35,048 nucleotides of DNA from Cyclobacteriaceae bacterium. GTDB taxonomy: Bacteria > Bacteroidota > Bacteroidia > Cytophagales > Cyclobacteriaceae. The stretch spans positions 1 to 35,048 of the forward strand of contig JANQPK010000218.1 in NCBI GenBank assembly GCA_028289505.1. The letters are read 5' to 3'. Position 1 is the stretch's first letter; every line of letters begins with the position of its first letter. The notes under the pieces were generated by a model that worked only from the letters and a program-made list of their open reading frames with translations, had not been told where the DNA came from and ran no database searches. Below, in pieces: positions 33,224 to 35,048 of the stretch. A program made the position numbers and the translations under genes.

Positions 33224-34237
33224 TCACTTCCTAAAGATCTTTTTCAGAAATTTGGGAGCATTAAATCTCATGCCACAAAAAAAGTGATAGAAAACTCTGG
33301 TCTCTGTATTCATAGCAGTGGTATTCTCCTGTTGGAATCGGGTACCCGTAATGCTGGTGAAGAGTCCTGAGTAGAATTTGTGTCCGTTGTAACCAATACC
33401 TACTTTACCATCACCTCTTAAAATTAGATTGTCTTGATCGGTTTTAATATCTCCAGATGCGGTGCGAGTGGTCAGTTTGGTGTTCAAATAGCCGATACTT
33501 CCAAATAAACCTATGGAAGCATAAAATCGCTCCTTCATCACAAAGGTGTGCGCGTATCCCGGTCCCATACTGAATTCTATATTATTTGATTTCTGGGTAT
33601 TCAGGGCATTGGATTGGTCATTTATCCGGTAGTAATCCAAGTTAAATACAGGAATAAAACTGCCTGTACTTTTTAATTGTCGCTCCGTTTGGGTAGTAAG
33701 ACTTTTAAAGGAGAACTTTGAGTTATGGATATAACCCGCGGTAATGGATATGTCTTCATGATATAAGTCAGGGAATTGAATATAGGGATTTCCTCTGGTC
33801 CAGTTATTATTAAAATCGATGGTATTTCTAAGATAGTAACCTTTGACCTGGGAGTATGATATATCAGAAAACCAATGCTTAAATAACAATAAAGCACCCA
33901 GTTGTAGTGAACGGGTATTGCCTTTCAAATCGTTATCACCATTACCAGGTAGGAATTCAGGGGCAAATTGAATACCCACTGAAATAAACTCATAATTCAC
34001 ATTTAGGCGTAAATTATTAGGTGTATTAGGATATAGCAGAATTCTGTTAGAAGCGGTTTCAACCTCAAAAGTCTGGTAGGAATTATTAAAGGAAAGATCA
34101 AAAGCCATTTTACCACTCATTCTTTCAATCCACCCGTTTTCTATCAAGCTTCTGGTGGAATCTGGATTCTGGGCTTCAGCTCCCAAGCGTACTAGTATGG
34201 AGGCAACAAGCGCTATGCTCCTGGTGAATGCCTTCAC
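33224..34237 (-). CDS. Putative outer-membrane beta-barrel protein (possibly DUF4421-like)
   Basis: Signal peptide (MKAFTRSIALVASILVRLGAEAQ), then alternating-hydrophobicity strands rich in Y/G/N/F throughout. It starts 3 nt downstream of the metzincin gene on the same strand. Confidence 0.5.
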   Translation of the reverse strand: MKAFTRSIALVASILVRLGAEAQNPDSTRSLIENGWIERMSGKMAFDLSFNNSYQTFEVETASNRILLYPNTPNNLRLNVNYEFISVGIQFAPEFLPGNGDNDLKGNTRSLQLGALLLFKHWFSDISYSQVKGYYLRNTIDFNNNWTRGNPYIQFPDLYHEDISITAGYIHNSKFSFKSLTTQTERQLKSTGSFIPVFNLDYYRINDQSNALNTQKSNNIEFSMGPGYAHTFVMKERFYASIGLFGSIGYLNTKLTTRTASGDIKTDQDNLILRGDGKVGIGYNGHKFYSGLFTSITGTRFQQENTTAMNTETRVFYHFFCGMRFNAPKFLKKIFRK

Positions 34238-34240
34238 TAT

Positions 34241-34954
34241 TTAATTCTCCCCGTATATTTCAATAATTCCTAGAGAATCCCCGGCTTGTAGTTGTTGAAA
34301 ACTGAAATCAAGAAAATCGCTATTCATAACATTTTCAGTTCTAACATGCCCTAGTCCCAATACATGCCCTATTTCATGCAGCGCAAAGAGATAAAAGGAA
34401 TTACAATCGCTTATTCCCAAACCCGATTTAATAATTACATTTCCCGCAATACTATTGCATAAATCGTCTGGATAGTTGGGATAGCCGATGCCACTTTGAA
34501 CAATGTCTGCAGTATAAAACCGAATGTCGGTTTCACTATTTTCGGGTAATTCTTCAAATTCAATGGCAGCGATATCAGACCATGATTTTAATGCATTCTG
34601 TATTTCTGTCTTTGCACAAGGCAAGATATCATCGAATGAATTGCTGGTGAGGTTTACCTGACGATGGGTATTGATAAGCCCATTTTCTTCTTGAAAGCTA
34701 TAAGTTACCAGTCCACCACTGGAAGCTGGGCCTGTTGCATTGAAACCTGCTTGTGCAAAAGTACTGTCTGCTCCCCATTTGAATCCAAACAGACAATAAA
34801 ATCCATTCCCATTAGTACATGCAGCTAATTGTGAATTGCAGAAAGTGTAACTATCTGAAAAGTTGATAGGTTCTGGACTATCATCATCTTCACCACAATT
34901 GACTGTTACCAGGATTACCAATAAATAATAAACACTAATGTAGATTCTTTTCAT
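34241..34954 (-). CDS. Matrixin/metzincin-family zinc metalloprotease, probable lipoprotein
   Basis: The HEIGHVLGLGH motif (HExxHxxGxxH) is followed by a Met-turn candidate (ENVMN). The N-terminal signal ends in the lipobox-like VNC. Confidence 0.85.
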   Translation of the reverse strand: MKRIYISVYYLLVILVTVNCGEDDDSPEPINFSDSYTFCNSQLAACTNGNGFYCLFGFKWGADSTFAQAGFNATGPASSGGLVTYSFQEENGLINTHRQVNLTSNSFDDILPCAKTEIQNALKSWSDIAAIEFEELPENSETDIRFYTADIVQSGIGYPNYPDDLCNSIAGNVIIKSGLGISDCNSFYLFALHEIGHVLGLGHVRTENVMNSDFLDFSFQQLQAGDSLGIIEIYGEN

Positions 34955-34963
34955 TGGATATGG

Positions 34964-35048
34964 CTACTGGTTACTTCCTAGCTGTCGCCTGAGTAGACTC
35001 CTCAGTTCCTGCACTTGTTGCTCAAACTTGGGGTCATTTATCAGGTTG
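34964..35048 (-). CDS. 3' end (27 codons) of a gene truncated by the window edge; tail resembles sulfatase-family C-termini
   Basis: The minus-strand translation is NLINDPKFEQQVQELRSLLRRQLGSNQ*. The N-L-x-x-DP...L-x-x-L pattern is typical of sulfatase tails, but the fragment is too short to be sure. Confidence 0.3.
   Translation of the reverse strand, partial: NLINDPKFEQQVQELRSLLRRQLGSNQ

Overview
This 35-kb window (about 40% GC) looks like a Bacteroidota chromosome, probably Cytophagia or Flavobacteriia. The lineage call rests on gene content, the absence of Shine-Dalgarno sequences and frequent GTG/TTG starts. No rRNA, tRNA, CRISPR array or mobile element was seen.

Layout:
- (1) 1-2.9 kb: feoA-feoB iron-uptake operon, plus an unlisted 47-aa Cys-rich membrane ORF and a terminator.
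- (2) 2.9-6.0 kb, minus strand: short MscS-like channel, alpha/beta hydrolase, and a cNMP-binding/TrxR-like flavoprotein that lacks the CxxC redox pair.
- (3) 6.06-23.5 kb, minus strand: the dominant feature. One tightly packed 17.4-kb gene string encodes an HlyD-type adaptor, two MacB/LolD-type ABC ATPases and six paralogous ~800-aa double-FtsX (MacB-like) permeases.
- (4) 23.7-26.45 kb, plus strand: a sigma-54 NtrC-type response regulator and a histidine kinase with almost no extracytoplasmic loop.
- (5) 26.46-28.87 kb, minus strand: a seventh permease paralog, convergent on the kinase gene.
- (6) 29.1-33.1 kb: small membrane protein, flavin amine oxidase, and a membrane-anchored class III nucleotidyl cyclase convergent with an HD-domain/Pycsar-effector-like (DUF5706-type) membrane protein.
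- (7) 33.2-35.0 kb: putative outer-membrane barrel protein, lipoprotein metzincin, and a C-terminal gene fragment.

Most notable sequence-level results:
- The two permease transcription units share an exactly conserved upstream architecture. It has two 14-bp GTTCG-N4-CGWAC dyads 20 bp apart, then a 42-bp spacer with a T-tract, then a TGGNAT-N5-TTG (-24/-12-like) element. This points to a dedicated sigma-54 regulon.
- A GC-rich multi-hairpin element of about 90 nt sits inside the operon.
- The second ATPase has degenerate conserved motifs.
- The cyclase/HD-PycTM-like gene pair carries non-canonical catalytic and specificity residues.

All functional calls come from motif recognition by eye. No database search was run.
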